DNA of 64,000 nucleotides from an uncultured Chloroflexia bacterium. GTDB lineage: Bacteria > Chloroflexota > Limnocylindria > QHBO01. The notes beneath the pieces were generated by a model, which was not told the DNA's origin, ran no database searches, and saw nothing but the letters and a program-made list of their open reading frames with translations. Below, one piece after another: positions 1 to 13,213 of the stretch (the first letter of the stretch is position 1; each line of letters begins with the position of its first letter). The position numbers and the translations under genes were made by a program. The stretch is taken from positions 128,422 to 192,421 of the forward strand of contig CAVWZA010000010.1 of assembly GCA_963759405.1 (NCBI GenBank), in the 5' to 3' direction.

Positions 1-589
1 CTCGCCGCCGCCACCACGGTCGACGACGCGTGGACGGCGATGGCGGAGCGCCACCCCGGTCTGCGTCCGCACCGGCCGTACGTGCGGGCCGCGCGAAACG
101 GCGCCTACGCCGGCTGGGACGACGCGCTGATCGATGGCGACGTGATCGCATTCCTGCCACCGGTGAGCGGCGGCGCGACGACCGCGCTGGTCGACGGACC
201 GATCGACGTCGAGAGCGCTGGAGCGGGCGGTGGCGCATGCCGGCCACGGAGCCGTGGTGACCTTCATCGGCCGCGCGCGAGATCGGGCGGATGACGATCG
301 CGTGGTGGTCGAGCTGGAATACGAGGTCTATCCCGAGATGGCTGAGTCGGTGCTTGCCGAAGTCGCCGACGAGGCGGAAGGGCGCTGGGGCGCGGCCGTC
401 GCGGTCGTCCACCGCCACGGGGTGGTCCCGATCGGCGAGGCGGCCGTCGCGATCGTCACTTCGGCGAAGCATCGCGGCGAGGCGTACGAGGCAAATCGAT
501 TCGTCATCGAGGCGATCAAGGACCGTCTGCCGATCTGGAAGCGCGAGCGATTTGCCGATGGAAGCGAGTGGAAGCGTCCCGGCGCCTGA
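1..589 (+). CDS. Fused molybdopterin synthase MoaD-MoaE (MoaX-like); 5' end lies outside the window; apparent frameshift near 213
   Basis: Frame 1 from nt 1 reads ...DGDVIAFLPPVSGG (MoaD C-terminal GG motif), then TTALVDGPIDVE. Frame 2 continues ALERAVAHAGHGAVVTFIGRARD...RLPIWKRERFADGSEWK (MoaE). The halves join only with a 1-nt frame change at ~212-216. Confidence 0.8.
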
Positions 590-1137
590 TCAGTTCGCGC
601 CGGACCGGAGGCGCCGGCTGAATACCGTGCAGCCATGCTTCGGTCGCGGCCGGCGAGCGAAGCCGAACGTGCGCCAGCTGCGAACGCGCCGCCAGCTGGG
701 CCGCCATGGTGGTGCGCCGGCGTCGATGCGTGGTCAGGATCCAGACCAGGAGGCTGTCCCGCCCGAAGGCGTGACGAAGCGACTCTCGATTGCCGGTGCC
801 GGGCCAGAACTCCTCGCCACTGCGGATGCGTGACGACCGTTCGCCGCGCCCATCGGCCGAGCACGGTGGGCATCGGGTAGTCGAGCCAGACGATCGTGTC
901 GGCCCGCGACCAGATGAGGTCACGGATCGGGGAGTAGCCGCCGTCCATCACCCAGCGCTCACCACGTGCGGCATCTGCCACTCGCTCCCGGAAGCGGTCG
1001 GCGGGGACCGGGGTCCAGTCCGGCCCCCAGAAGAGCGCGTCCAGCTCGACGTGCGGCAGCTCGAGGCGTCGTGCCAGCTCCCGGGCCAGCCGCGTCTTGC
1101 CGGAGCAGCTCGTGCCCACCACGTTGATCCGTTGCAT
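516..1137 (-). CDS. P-loop NTPase, adenylate-kinase-like (FlaR/topology-modulation-like); frameshift near 830
   Basis: The N-terminus MQRINVVGTSCSGKTRLAREL carries a Walker A motif. The conserved C-terminal part (EEFWPGTGNRESLRHAFGRDSLLVW...VRLRSPAATEAWL) is in the other minus frame (ORF 516..923). Confidence 0.55.
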
Positions 1138-1205
1138 CGAGCGCAGAGCCTAGCGAACCGCGGCCGCGTGCAAGCGCGGGCCGGTGCAGGCACAATGCCG
1201 CAGAT

Positions 1206-2362
1206 ATGGCGACCCCAAAGCCGGGCGAGATCCGATGCCCGACCTGCCACCGATCGACCCCGCCGGCCGCCTTCTGCACGCAGTGCGGATCGGCGATTCC
1301 GTCGGACGCCCGCATCCGGCCGCGCGGCATGGACCGCGACGAGCTCCAGGATCGGATCCGCCAGCGGCGCTCCGGCGGGGATCCGTATCGGCGCGGCGGC
1401 GTGGCCGACGAAGGGACCGCGGGCTACCAGCGGTTCGAGCCTGAACCCGAGGACTCGCAGGCGCGCCGATCGCAGCGTCCGGGCGAACAGCGGCAGGATG
1501 CGCTCGACGACGAAGGCGCCGCCGCTGCGCCGCCGCCGCCGCCGCTGCCGCAGCCGTCTCGGCATCGACCGAGCCGCCCGACATCACGCGCGAGACGGAC
1601 GATTGGACCGAACGTCCGTCACTGGTGCCGCCTCTGCCGCCATCGGAGCCGGTGGAGCCTGCACCGCAACCCTTCCCCGACGAGCCTGCGTACGTCGACA
1701 ACTACGACGACGCGGCCGACGACGCGGACGCCTACCCGTATGCCTACGACGACTGGGATGACGGTCGCCAGCGACGCTCATCGGGGGCCGGCGCGTTCGC
1801 GATCCTCGGCTTCCTGGCGCTCGGGGTGCTGGCGCTGGGTGCCGGCGCGGTGCTGGCCGGCGTGTTCAGCTCCGATCCCGGCGTGGGCGGCATCGACCCG
1901 ACGCTGACCCCGATCCCGTCGATCCAGGAGAGCGCGCAGCCGAGCGAATCCGCGAGCGTTGCGCCAACCAGCGACGCGAGCACGTCACCCAGCACCTCTC
2001 CAGCGGCGAGCGGTGAGCCGGTCGTCTTTCCGGATGGGTTCACGGCCGAGGCCCAGACCTGCATCCCGGGCAGCGCCAGCACGAACGGCTGCGGCTCGAA
2101 TGCGAGGAGCAATAGCGGCAGCGTCTGGATCTGGGTCGGCTTCGCGAAGGGCACCTCGGATGACGTGATCGGCGCCGAGATCATCGGACCCGAGGGCGAG
2201 ACCGTGGGCACGGGATCGATCGACCTTGCCAGCATCCGTTGCGGCCGCTCGTGCAACGGCTGGACCTACTTCCAGTTCGGCAACCTCGACGCCGGCACCT
2301 ATGAGGTCAGGGTCACCCGGAATGGCGACCTCGCCGCCGAGACGAGCTTCGAGGTCACCTGA
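1206..2362 (+). CDS. Zinc-ribbon / disordered linker / single-TM / extracytoplasmic-domain protein of unknown function; frameshift near 1555
   Basis: N-terminus has CPTC...CTQC. A Pro/Asp-rich linker follows. TM segment is GAGAFAILGFLALGVLALGAGAVLAGV. The C-terminal Cys-containing domain ends at the 2362 stop. The two halves are in frames 0 and 2. Confidence 0.5.
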
Positions 2363-2378
2363 GCCTTCGGCTGACCGT

Positions 2379-3470
2379 TCAGCCCCCGCCCGACGAGTCC
2401 GTTCCGGCGCCGAGCCGCGCGATCGGTGCCGCGCCGCTTTCGCGGCGCTTCGCCGCCAGCGCGCTGATCGCCTCGAGCACGCAGCGGTGGGCTGCCGCGG
2501 CGGTCACCTCGGCCTGGTCGTACGGTGGCGAGACCTCGACGACGTCCATGCCGGCGAGCTCGACCGAGCCGACAACCTGCCGCACGGCGCGCAGCAGCTC
2601 GCGCGTCAGCATCCCGCCCGGCTCGGGGGTGCCGGTGCCGGGAGCCATGCCCGGATCGATCACGTCGATGTCGACCGACAGGTAGATCACCTCCGGCCCG
2701 TCGAGCGCCTGCGCGATGGCATCGGCGATCACGGCCTCGGCGCCGCGCTCCTCGATCTCGGTCATGAGGTGCCAGCGCATGCCCTGCTCGCGCATCCAGT
2801 CGAGGGTCTCGGTGCCCGGCCAATAGCCCCTGAGCCCGATCTGGACGAAGTTGCGCCCGGCCACGGCGCCCGACTCGATCAGCCGGCGCATCGGCGCCCC
2901 ATGCGAGCGGAGGGACCCCCAGGTGGAGTTCGCGGCGTCGGCGTGCGCGTCGAAGTGCACGATCCCCAGCCCGCGTGGCGCAACCGTGGCCGCCACGGCG
3001 GAGGCGGCCGGGAAGGTGATCGAGTGATCGCCGCCGAGAATGATCGGGATCGCACCCGAGCGCGCCACCTCGAGCACCTTCCGCTCGATGACGGCGTGAC
3101 CACGCTCGATGTTCATCGGCGTGACCGGGGCGTCGCCCGCGTCGACCACGTTCAGCCAGTCGTACGGCTCGATCCCGAGCTGGAGCGAGTTGATCGCGCC
3201 CGAGTGATAGCTGGCCTGGCGAATGGCCCGCGGTCCGAACCGCGCGCCGGGACGGTGGCTGACCGCGTCGTCGAAGGGGGCGCCGACGATCGCGACGTCG
3301 GGCCGCTCCGCCGCCAGCGCGGCGGCATCGGTGATCCAGGGAAGCTTCTGGAAGCTTGGCAGGCCGACGTAGGCGGGGAGGTTGAAGTCGTCGTATGCGG
3401 TGTACGGATCGCCGGTGGCCGGAGCCTCGTCGTTCATGCCGCGTGCCGCTGCGAATCTCTCGTCGGTCAT
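2379..3470 (-). CDS. speB: Agmatinase / arginase-family ureohydrolase
   Basis: Motifs IILGGDHSITFP, VHFDAHADA, YLSVDIDVIDPGMAPGTGTPEPGG. Start taken at MTDERF (ATG 3470) rather than the upstream GC-rich extension. Confidence 0.85.
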   Translation of the reverse strand: MTDERFAAARGMNDEAPATGDPYTAYDDFNLPAYVGLPSFQKLPWITDAAALAAERPDVAIVGAPFDDAVSHRPGARFGPRAIRQASYHSGAINSLQLGIEPYDWLNVVDAGDAPVTPMNIERGHAVIERKVLEVARSGAIPIILGGDHSITFPAASAVAATVAPRGLGIVHFDAHADAANSTWGSLRSHGAPMRRLIESGAVAGRNFVQIGLRGYWPGTETLDWMREQGMRWHLMTEIEERGAEAVIADAIAQALDGPEVIYLSVDIDVIDPGMAPGTGTPEPGGMLTRELLRAVRQVVGSVELAGMDVVEVSPPYDQAEVTAAAAHRCVLEAISALAAKRRESGAAPIARLGAGTDSSGGG

Positions 3471-3573
3471 GGCGCGCTTGCGCTCACCTCCGGCGGATCG
3501 GGACGGGCGCCGTCGCGGCGCGGAGCAGGCCCACCCGGGCGCCGATCCTAGCACGCTACCATCGGCGGGACCG

Positions 3574-3963
3574 ATGGACGATGACCCGACCTACACCGTC
3601 GAGGAGGCCCGCGCGCTCCTGCCACTGATCCGCGGATCGCTGCTCCAGCTCGCGGTCGAGCGCCGCCGCGCAGACGACGCGCACGATGCATTGCATCACC
3701 GGCTGCGCGGCGACGGGAATGGGCGGCCGGAGGAGCAGGCCCGGCTGGAGGCCGCCACGGCCGAGCTCCGGACGCGGGTCCGCGACCTGCTCGATCACCT
3801 CGAGTCGCTCGGCGTGGTCGTTCGCGACCTCGACGCCGGCCTCGTCGACATCCCCACCCTGCGCGATGGCGAGCCGGCCTGGCTCTGCTGGCGCCTATCC
3901 GACCCTGAGCTCGGGTACTGGCACACCACGAGCGAGGGCTTCAGCACGCGGCAGCCGCTGTGA
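3574..3963 (+). CDS. DUF2203-family protein
   Basis: MDDDPTYTVEEARALLPLI...GLVDIPTLRDGEPAWLCWRLSDPELGYWHTTSEGFSTRQPL, the typical DUF2203 C-terminal pattern. ATG verified at 3574. Confidence 0.7.
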   Translation: MDDDPTYTVEEARALLPLIRGSLLQLAVERRRADDAHDALHHRLRGDGNGRPEEQARLEAATAELRTRVRDLLDHLESLGVVVRDLDAGLVDIPTLRDGEPAWLCWRLSDPELGYWHTTSEGFSTRQPL

Positions 3964-4875
3964 CCCGCCGGCCGGAGGTGGTCGTCATCGGCGACGCGCT
4001 GCTGGATGTCACCGCCCGTCCCGCAACGAAGCCACGCCCCGGCGCGGACGTGCCCGCCGAGGTCCGCATCGGCCCTGGAGGGCAGGGCGCCAACCTGGCG
4101 GTTCGGCTCGCCCGCCGCGGCGTCGAGGTCGAGCTGGTCTGCGCGGTCGGCGACGACGCCGGCGGCATGCTCCTGCGCCGGGAGCTCGAAGGCGGAGGGG
4201 GTCGGCCTCACGGCCGTTCCGGCCGACGCGACCGGCACGGTGGTCATCCTCCTCGACGAGCGCGGCGAGCGGACGATGCTGAGCCATCGCGTCCCGTTCG
4301 CGGCCGGCGCGGCTGCCGCGATGCCCGACTCGGTCGCCTGGATGGTCCTCTCCGGGTACCTGCTGCTCGAGCCCGGCGGCGGCGACCTCGCGGCAGCGCT
4401 CGGCACGCAGCCGTCGCATCGCGCCCTGGTCGGCTGCACGGTGCCCGACGGCATGACGGACCGATGGCTCGGGGCGGCGGCCATGCTGCATCCGGACCTG
4501 CTCGTGCTCAACCGCGACGAGGCGCTCGCCCTCGTTCCGGGCGCGCGGGACCTGGACGAGGTCGCGGAGGTTCTCGGCGAGCGCCTCGGCTCCGGGATCG
4601 TGGTGACCGATCCGTCCGGCGCGACGGCGCGCCTGAACGGGTTGGGTGGCTCGGTCAGGGTGATGGCTGGTGCGCCGGCGATCGACACCACCGGTGCCGG
4701 CGACGCGTTTGCCGCCGCGCTCCTCGCATCCCTGCTCCGCGACCCATGGCCGCCTTCCTCGGAGGCGCTCGGGGCCGCGCTGACCGCCGCCAGCGATGCA
4801 GCCTCGGCCGTTGCCAACGCCGTCGGCGCCCAGGCACGGGTGGAAGGCGAGCCGCGCGCCGCCATCCGGTCGTGA
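3960..4875 (+). CDS. psuK: PfkB-family carbohydrate kinase, probably pseudouridine kinase; frameshift near 4195 (G-run)
   Basis: N-terminus VVVIGDALLDV...GPGGQGANLAVRLARRG in frame 0. The rest is in frame 1 and includes DTTGAGDAFAAALL. The gene overlaps psuG by GTGA. Confidence 0.7.
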
Positions 4876-5783
4876 CGGTCGCTGAGCTCCTCGTCTCCGA
4901 CGAGGTTCGAGCCGCGATCGATGCCGGCCGTCCCGTCGTGGCCCTCGAGTCGAGCCTCATCGCCCAGGGGCTGCCGGCGCCGCACAACCTCGAGACGGCG
5001 CTTGCCGCAGAGGCGGCGATTCGGGAGGCAGGAGCGATTCCGGCGACCACCGCCCTCGAGGATGGACGGCTGGTTGTCGGCGCCGATCGCGAGCTCCTCG
5101 AGCGCCTCGCCGATCCGGAACGCGAAGTGGCGAAGGCGGGGTCGCGCGACCTCGGACCGCTCCTCGCGGGACGACGCCTGGCGTCGACCACCGTGAGCGC
5201 GACCATGCGGCTCGCTCACCTCTCCGGGATCGCGATGTTCGCGACGGGCGGCATCGGCGGCGTCCATCGCGGCGCGTCGCGCAGCTTCGACGTGTCGAGC
5301 GACATCGACGAGCTGGCGGCGACCCCGGTCGCCGTCGTGTCGTCCGGCGCCAAGTCGATCCTCGACCTGCCGGCAACGCTCGAGATGCTCGAGACTCGCC
5401 GCGTCCCGGTGATCGGCTATGGCGTGGACGAGCTTCCGGGCTTCTACAGCATCGGCTCGGGGCTGCGCGTCCCGCATCGCGTCGACGGACCGGAGGCGGC
5501 GGCTGCCGCGATCGTCGCCCACCGCGCGCTGCCCGGTGCGGGCGGCCTCCTGATCGTCCAGCCACCGCCCGCGGAGCTGGCGCTCGACGCGGCCGAGGTC
5601 GAGGGCTGGATCGAGGCCGGGCTGCGCGACGCGGCTGCCTCCGGCGTTCGCGGCGGCGCCGTCACGCCGCATCTCCTCGCCTTCCTCGCCCGTGCCTCGG
5701 GCGGCCGCACGCTGGCCGTCAACATCGGCCTGATCGTCAACAACGCGCGTGCCGCGGGGGCCATTGCATCGGCCTTGACCTGA
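4872..5783 (+). CDS. psuG: Pseudouridine-5'-phosphate glycosidase
   Basis: VALESSLIAQGLPAPHNLETA..., MFATGGIGGVHRGA...FDVSSDIDELA, VVSSGAKSILDLPATLEMLETRRVPV. GTG start at 4872 overlaps the kinase stop. Confidence 0.9.
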   Translation: MTVAELLVSDEVRAAIDAGRPVVALESSLIAQGLPAPHNLETALAAEAAIREAGAIPATTALEDGRLVVGADRELLERLADPEREVAKAGSRDLGPLLAGRRLASTTVSATMRLAHLSGIAMFATGGIGGVHRGASRSFDVSSDIDELAATPVAVVSSGAKSILDLPATLEMLETRRVPVIGYGVDELPGFYSIGSGLRVPHRVDGPEAAAAAIVAHRALPGAGGLLIVQPPPAELALDAAEVEGWIEAGLRDAAASGVRGGAVTPHLLAFLARASGGRTLAVNIGLIVNNARAAGAIASALT

Positions 5784-5840
5784 CCGATCCGGACGCTATG
5801 CTCGGGCGGCCGCTCGGCAAGCAGGTGAGGAGCGCCAGCC

Positions 5841-6381
5841 ATGCGAATCTACGACGGCAGCCCGAGACAGGATTGGGAGGAAGTTCTCCGAAGCATCGGG
5901 GACTTTGCCGACAGCGAGCGCCTCAAGGAGATCCTGTTTCTCGAGCTCGAGGGCGGCTTCCTGCTCCAGGGCCTGGCGCTCCCGCCCGGCTCGGCGGACT
6001 CGGACACGTTCGGCGCCCTCGTCAAGCGCACCTACGAGCTGACCGACGACCAGGTCGGCGAGATGATGGACGCGTCGGCGGCCAAGCGCGGCTCGGTCGA
6101 CGCGGACCGCCCGCATGCCGACCTCAGCGAACTACTACGAGCTCGCGCTGCGCATCATCGGCGCCTACATCGACGGCCAGAAGGCCCACGACGTGTTCCT
6201 GCTCGAGCAGGACGGCTCGTTCGTCGTGCGGCTCGTACGACGTGGCGGCACGCGCGGCGGCCACCAGCTGTCCGAATTCACGCGCGACGAGATGTTGGCT
6301 ATGATCGAGTCCGCACCTGAGCAGCGAAACAAGCCCGCGCCGGCGAAGACCGGTGCGACGGAGTCAGGGAGTTCGGAATGA
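5841..6381 (+). CDS. Hypothetical protein made of two homologous ~75-aa domains; frameshift near 6120
   Basis: Domain 1 is DWEEVLRSIGDFADSERLKEILFLELEGGFLLQG...YELTDDQVGEMMD. Domain 2 (frame 1) is NYYELALRIIGAYIDGQKAHDVFLLEQDGSFVVRL...EFTRDEMLAMIES. RBS GGTGAGGAG precedes ATG 5841. Confidence 0.5.
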
Positions 6382-6530
6382 AGGCGGTCAAGGTCCTTCT
6401 CATCAGCATCGGCGCGCTCCTCGCGGCGCTGATCATCATCCCGCTCACCATCCTCGCCGGACTGTTCGTGTGGCTGAAGCTCACCGAAGAGACCGATGAC
6501 GAGATCATGGAGCTCGACGACACCATCTGA
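6378..6530 (+). CDS. 50-aa single-TM microprotein, translationally coupled (ATGA) to the preceding gene
   Basis: Manual translation gives MKAVKVLLISIGALLAALIIIPLTILAGLFVWLKLTEETDDEIMELDDTI. It is below the 60-aa cutoff of the ORF track. Confidence 0.35.
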   Translation: MKAVKVLLISIGALLAALIIIPLTILAGLFVWLKLTEETDDEIMELDDTI

Positions 6531-6600
6531 CGCGCTCCTGATCGGCCGTGCGGAGCCCGGCATCAGGCAGGCCGTCGAGCCGGACCGGCTCAGCCCGACG

Positions 6601-7468
6601 TCACGCCGGTGGCCGAGGCGCCCAGGCGGCGGTCCAGCAGACGGCGGCGACCAGCATGCCGCCCCACAGGCGTCCGGGCCCGGTGATGCCCTGTGCGACG
6701 GCGGCGATCCCGATCGCCCCCAGCACCAGGCCGGCGGCATCGACATCGCCGCCGATGATCGAACGCTGTGCCGACGCCGATGCCGGTAGCCATGGCGAGG
6801 GCCCACGCGAGGCCGAACGCGGTTCGCCGTCCGAGGCGCTGGGCCAGGTTCCTGGAACCGATCCGCGCATCGGCGTCGAAGTCGCGGACGGTGTTGGCGA
6901 GGTGGGCGGCGACGGCGAACGGTCCCACCAGGAGCGGCGCTGCCGCGACGCGCTCGAGCGGCGCCCCGACACCGGCGGCGATCCAGACCGGCAGGAGCCC
7001 GAAGCTCACGAGATAGGGGACGAACGACGCGGCGCCCCGTGACAGCCACAGGTTGTACGCCACGGCGGACCCGGAGGCGAGGAGGCCCAGCGCGAGGGCT
7101 GTCGGCCCGAGCGGCAGCGATGTCACCACCTGGAGCGCAAGGCCGATTCCGGCGAGCGCCAGCGCCATTGTCGGGCTCACCTGGCCGGAAGGGATCGGCT
7201 TGCTCGGCTGCACGACCGCGTCTCGGTCGCGATCGGCCCAGTCGTTGAGCGCGCCGGTCAGGATCTGCGAGCCGAGCACGCTCAGAGTGATGAGAATCAC
7301 GCGCGGACCGACGGCCGAGCCGCCCGCCTGGACGCTGAGGACCGCCGCGAGGGCCGCCGTCAGCGTGACGACCGCGGCGGCGGGTGCCGGGTGGATGAGA
7401 CGGATGAGGGCGGGCACGCCGGAATCGTACGCGTCGCCTCGTCGACGGCCGAGGCGATGCGGCATCAT
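6601..7468 (-). CDS. UbiA-family prenyltransferase; frameshift near 6775
   Basis: Polytopic membrane protein with NDWADRDRD (the Asp-rich UbiA motif) and DFDADARIG. The C-terminal TM segments are in the other frame (ORF 6601..6972). Confidence 0.75.
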
Positions 7469-7503
7469 GGGCACGTCCACATCAAGCGGGGGTTGCTCGA
7501 GAC

Positions 7504-8067
7504 ATGACCATTCCATGGCGGCGACTCCTGGCCGCTGAAGTGATCGTCGTCGTGATTGCGCTGGCGGGCTGCCAGTCCGCCTCCGACGACGTGACGCCGA
7601 GCGTCGCCGACCGCACCGTGGCTCCGTCCGCGTCAACGCAGCCTTCGGCGGAGGCGAGCGCCTCGTCAGCCGACGCCGGCGACCCCGTCGAGACGAGCGT
7701 CTTCGACCTCGAGGTCGGGGACTGCTTCAGCGCCGAGGGCGATTCGGTGGAGACCGTCATGGTCGTCGACTGCGAGCAGTCGCACACGTACGAAGCCTTC
7801 TTCGTCTTCGACCACGAGGCTGGTCCCGACGAGGAATATCCCGGCGATGACGCGATGCTGGACTACGCCGACGATGCGTGCCAGCCGCCATTCGAAGAGT
7901 TCGTCGGCACGGACTACGAGAGCTCCATCTGGTACATCACGTCGGTCACGCCGTCGGCGGAGACCTGGGCGGACGGGGATCGCGAGATCATCTGCACGCT
8001 CGACCAGCAGGATGCGGATGGTGAGGCGATCGAGGTCACCGGGACCGCGGAGGGCTCGGCCGAGTAG
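7504..8067 (+). CDS. Septum-formation-family lipoprotein
   Basis: Lipobox VIALAGC. Repeated GDCF...VDCEQSHTYE and ACQPPF...IICTL Cys pattern typical of the septum-formation domain. Confidence 0.6.
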   Translation: MTIPWRRLLAAEVIVVVIALAGCQSASDDVTPSVADRTVAPSASTQPSAEASASSADAGDPVETSVFDLEVGDCFSAEGDSVETVMVVDCEQSHTYEAFFVFDHEAGPDEEYPGDDAMLDYADDACQPPFEEFVGTDYESSIWYITSVTPSAETWADGDREIICTLDQQDADGEAIEVTGTAEGSAE

Positions 8068-8070
8068 CCG

Positions 8071-8419
8071 CTACTTCTCCGGGTAGAAGCCCACCACGGT
8101 GTAGTCATTGCCGCTTTCCGCGCCGATGTAGGTGCACGTCACCAGCTCCTCGGCCGCGAACCCCTGGCTGCCACGGGTCAGCGTCCCGCTCTCACCGAGC
8201 GGGGTGACGTACCAGATCTGCTTCCAGATGTAGAGCCCGCCGGTGTCGAGATGGAAGGCGGACGGGCCGCCGTTGAAGCTCGCCTCGTAGACGTTGCCGT
8301 CGTCGCAGGTGAGCGCGAAGTGGAGCGTCTGGTCGTTGTCGGGCGCGGCGGCCGCCGGAGCCGCGGCCAGCGCCGCCAGCGATGCCGGCGAGCATCGCGT
8401 AACGGAGGGATCGGCGCAT
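8071..8419 (-). CDS. Small secreted protein of unknown function; frameshift near 8380
   Basis: Signal peptide MRRSLRYAMLAGIA (ATG 8419, RBS GAGGAGAG) is in one frame. The mature part LAALAAAPAAAAPDNDQTLHFALTCDDG...VVGFYPEK is in the other. Confidence 0.45.
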
Positions 8420-8535
8420 GGAGCTCTCCTCTGTGGGTTCGGGTTCACCGTGCCCGCCGCAGGTTCCGTGCCGTTCGGTTGCGCCGATTCGGGGCATCCT
8501 TCGTCGTTAGTTGCGCTGGAGCGCAAACAGCGTGA

Positions 8536-11548
<3,013 letters not shown>

Positions 11549-11724
11549 CTGTTTGACCGCACGCGATCCCGAGCACCAGCCCACGACTCCCGTCGTGACC
11601 ACGACCCCAACGCTTCACCCGAACCCATGATCGCGGATCGAGGGTGGTGCGGCGGGGCGGCTCCCCGAGAAGCTCATCGAGGTCAGGTCCTACACATGAT
11701 GCACAGCTGGCAGGCGAGACGACC

Positions 11725-13194
11725 ATGAACGACGACGCGCGACCGCAACAGCAGCGTCGCCGCTCGCGACGCCGCCAGGACTCCGCTCCCCGCCGACCGC
11801 CACAGCGCGGCTTCAGCCCGCGCCGGCGCAACGACTACGCGTCCGGCCAGTACTCGTCCATCTTCACCGGCCCCTTCCCGTCCGACGCGGACGACGATGC
11901 CGGCCTGAACCTGGCCGATCTCCAGGCGAAGCCGATCGAGGAGCTGCGCGAGCTCGCGGCGGAGCACGAGATCGAGGGCTCCGAGCAGCTCGAGCATTCG
12001 GACCTGGTCCTGAAGCTGCTCGACGTCGTGCCGCTCGCCCCGTCGCAGCCCCGGGAGCGCAACGGCGAGCCGGGCCTGGCCGAGGGCATCCTCGAGATCG
12101 TCGACGAGGGCTTCGGCTTCCTGCGCGTCAACGGCGTCATGCCATCGGCGCAGGACATCTACGTCAGCACCTCCCAGGTTCGTCGCTTCGGCCTGCGGAC
12201 CGGTGACCGGGTCACCGGCCAGACGCGACCGCCCAAGGACCAGGAGAAGTACTGGGGCATGCTGCGGGTCGACACCGTCAACGGGGTCGAGCCGGAGGTC
12301 GCCAAGCGCCGCCCGTCGTTCGATGCGCTGGTGCCGGTCTTCCCGGACGAGATGTTCGACCTCGAGACGGACCAGAAGAACCTGACGCAGCGCCTCATCA
12401 ACCTGATCAGCCCGGTCGGCCAGGGGCAGCGCGGACTGATCCTGTCGCCGGCCAAGGCCGGCAAGACGACCGTCCTCAAGCACATCGCCGCCGGCATCAC
12501 CGAGAATCATCCGGAGGCCCTCCTCATGGTCGCGCTCATCGGCGAGCGCCCCGAGGAGGTCACCGACATGCAGCGCAACGTCGAAGGCGAGATCTACTCG
12601 TCCACCTTCGACGAGCCGACCGAGAACCACACCCGCGTGGCGGAGATGTGCCTCGAGATCGCCAAGCGCCAGGTCGAGACCGGCCGCGACGTCGTGATCC
12701 TGCTCGACTCGATCACGCGGCTGGCGCGCGCCTACAACCTGGCCCTGCCGGCATCGGGCAAGACCCTCTCCGGCGGCGTGGATCCGGTTGCCCTCTATCC
12801 GCCGAAGCGATTCTTCGGCGCCGCGCGCAACATCGAGCACGGTGGCTCGCTGACGATCATCGCCACCTGCCTGGTCGACACCGGCATCCGCATGGACGAC
12901 GTGATCTACGAGGAGTTCAAGGGCACCGGCAACATGGAGCTGGTGCTCGACCGGAAGCTCTCCGAGAAGCGCATCTTCCCGGCCATCGACGTCCTCCGCT
13001 CCGGCACGCGGCGCGAGGAGCTGCTCCTCGACGAGAACGAGCTGCGCATGGTGTGGACGATGCGGCGCATGCTGAGCGCGGTCGGGCCGAACGAGGGCAT
13101 CGAGCTGCTCATGCAGCGCCTGGGCAAGACGGCGAACAACGCCGAGTTCCTCGTCTCGCTGTCCAAGAGCGTCGAGGCCTCCGAGCGCTCGTAG
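11725..13194 (+). CDS. rho: Transcription termination factor Rho with an Arg-rich N-terminal extension
   Basis: [76 protein letters not shown]. Reads intact. Confidence 0.95.
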   Translation: MNDDARPQQQRRRSRRRQDSAPRRPPQRGFSPRRRNDYASGQYSSIFTGPFPSDADDDAGLNLADLQAKPIEELRELAAEHEIEGSEQLEHSDLVLKLLDVVPLAPSQPRERNGEPGLAEGILEIVDEGFGFLRVNGVMPSAQDIYVSTSQVRRFGLRTGDRVTGQTRPPKDQEKYWGMLRVDTVNGVEPEVAKRRPSFDALVPVFPDEMFDLETDQKNLTQRLINLISPVGQGQRGLILSPAKAGKTTVLKHIAAGITENHPEALLMVALIGERPEEVTDMQRNVEGEIYSSTFDEPTENHTRVAEMCLEIAKRQVETGRDVVILLDSITRLARAYNLALPASGKTLSGGVDPVALYPPKRFFGAARNIEHGGSLTIIATCLVDTGIRMDDVIYEEFKGTGNMELVLDRKLSEKRIFPAIDVLRSGTRREELLLDENELRMVWTMRRMLSAVGPNEGIELLMQRLGKTANNAEFLVSLSKSVEASERS

Positions 13195-13213
13195 CTTCGG
13201 TCCCAGCGTCCCC

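Noticed and set aside
3795-5672. 625-aa ORF on the minus strand, antisense to psuK/psuG. The same applies to other very long alternative-frame ORFs: 14872..16152(-), 20621..22543(+), 22802..24532(+), 40364..42847(-), 46979..48811(-), 60271..62628(+), 33048..35141(-) upstream part.
   Set aside because: Each lies opposite or out of frame to a gene with clear conserved motifs. Their translations are Arg/Ala/Gly/Pro-rich low-complexity strings typical of stop-codon-poor GC-rich DNA. None shows a recognisable motif.
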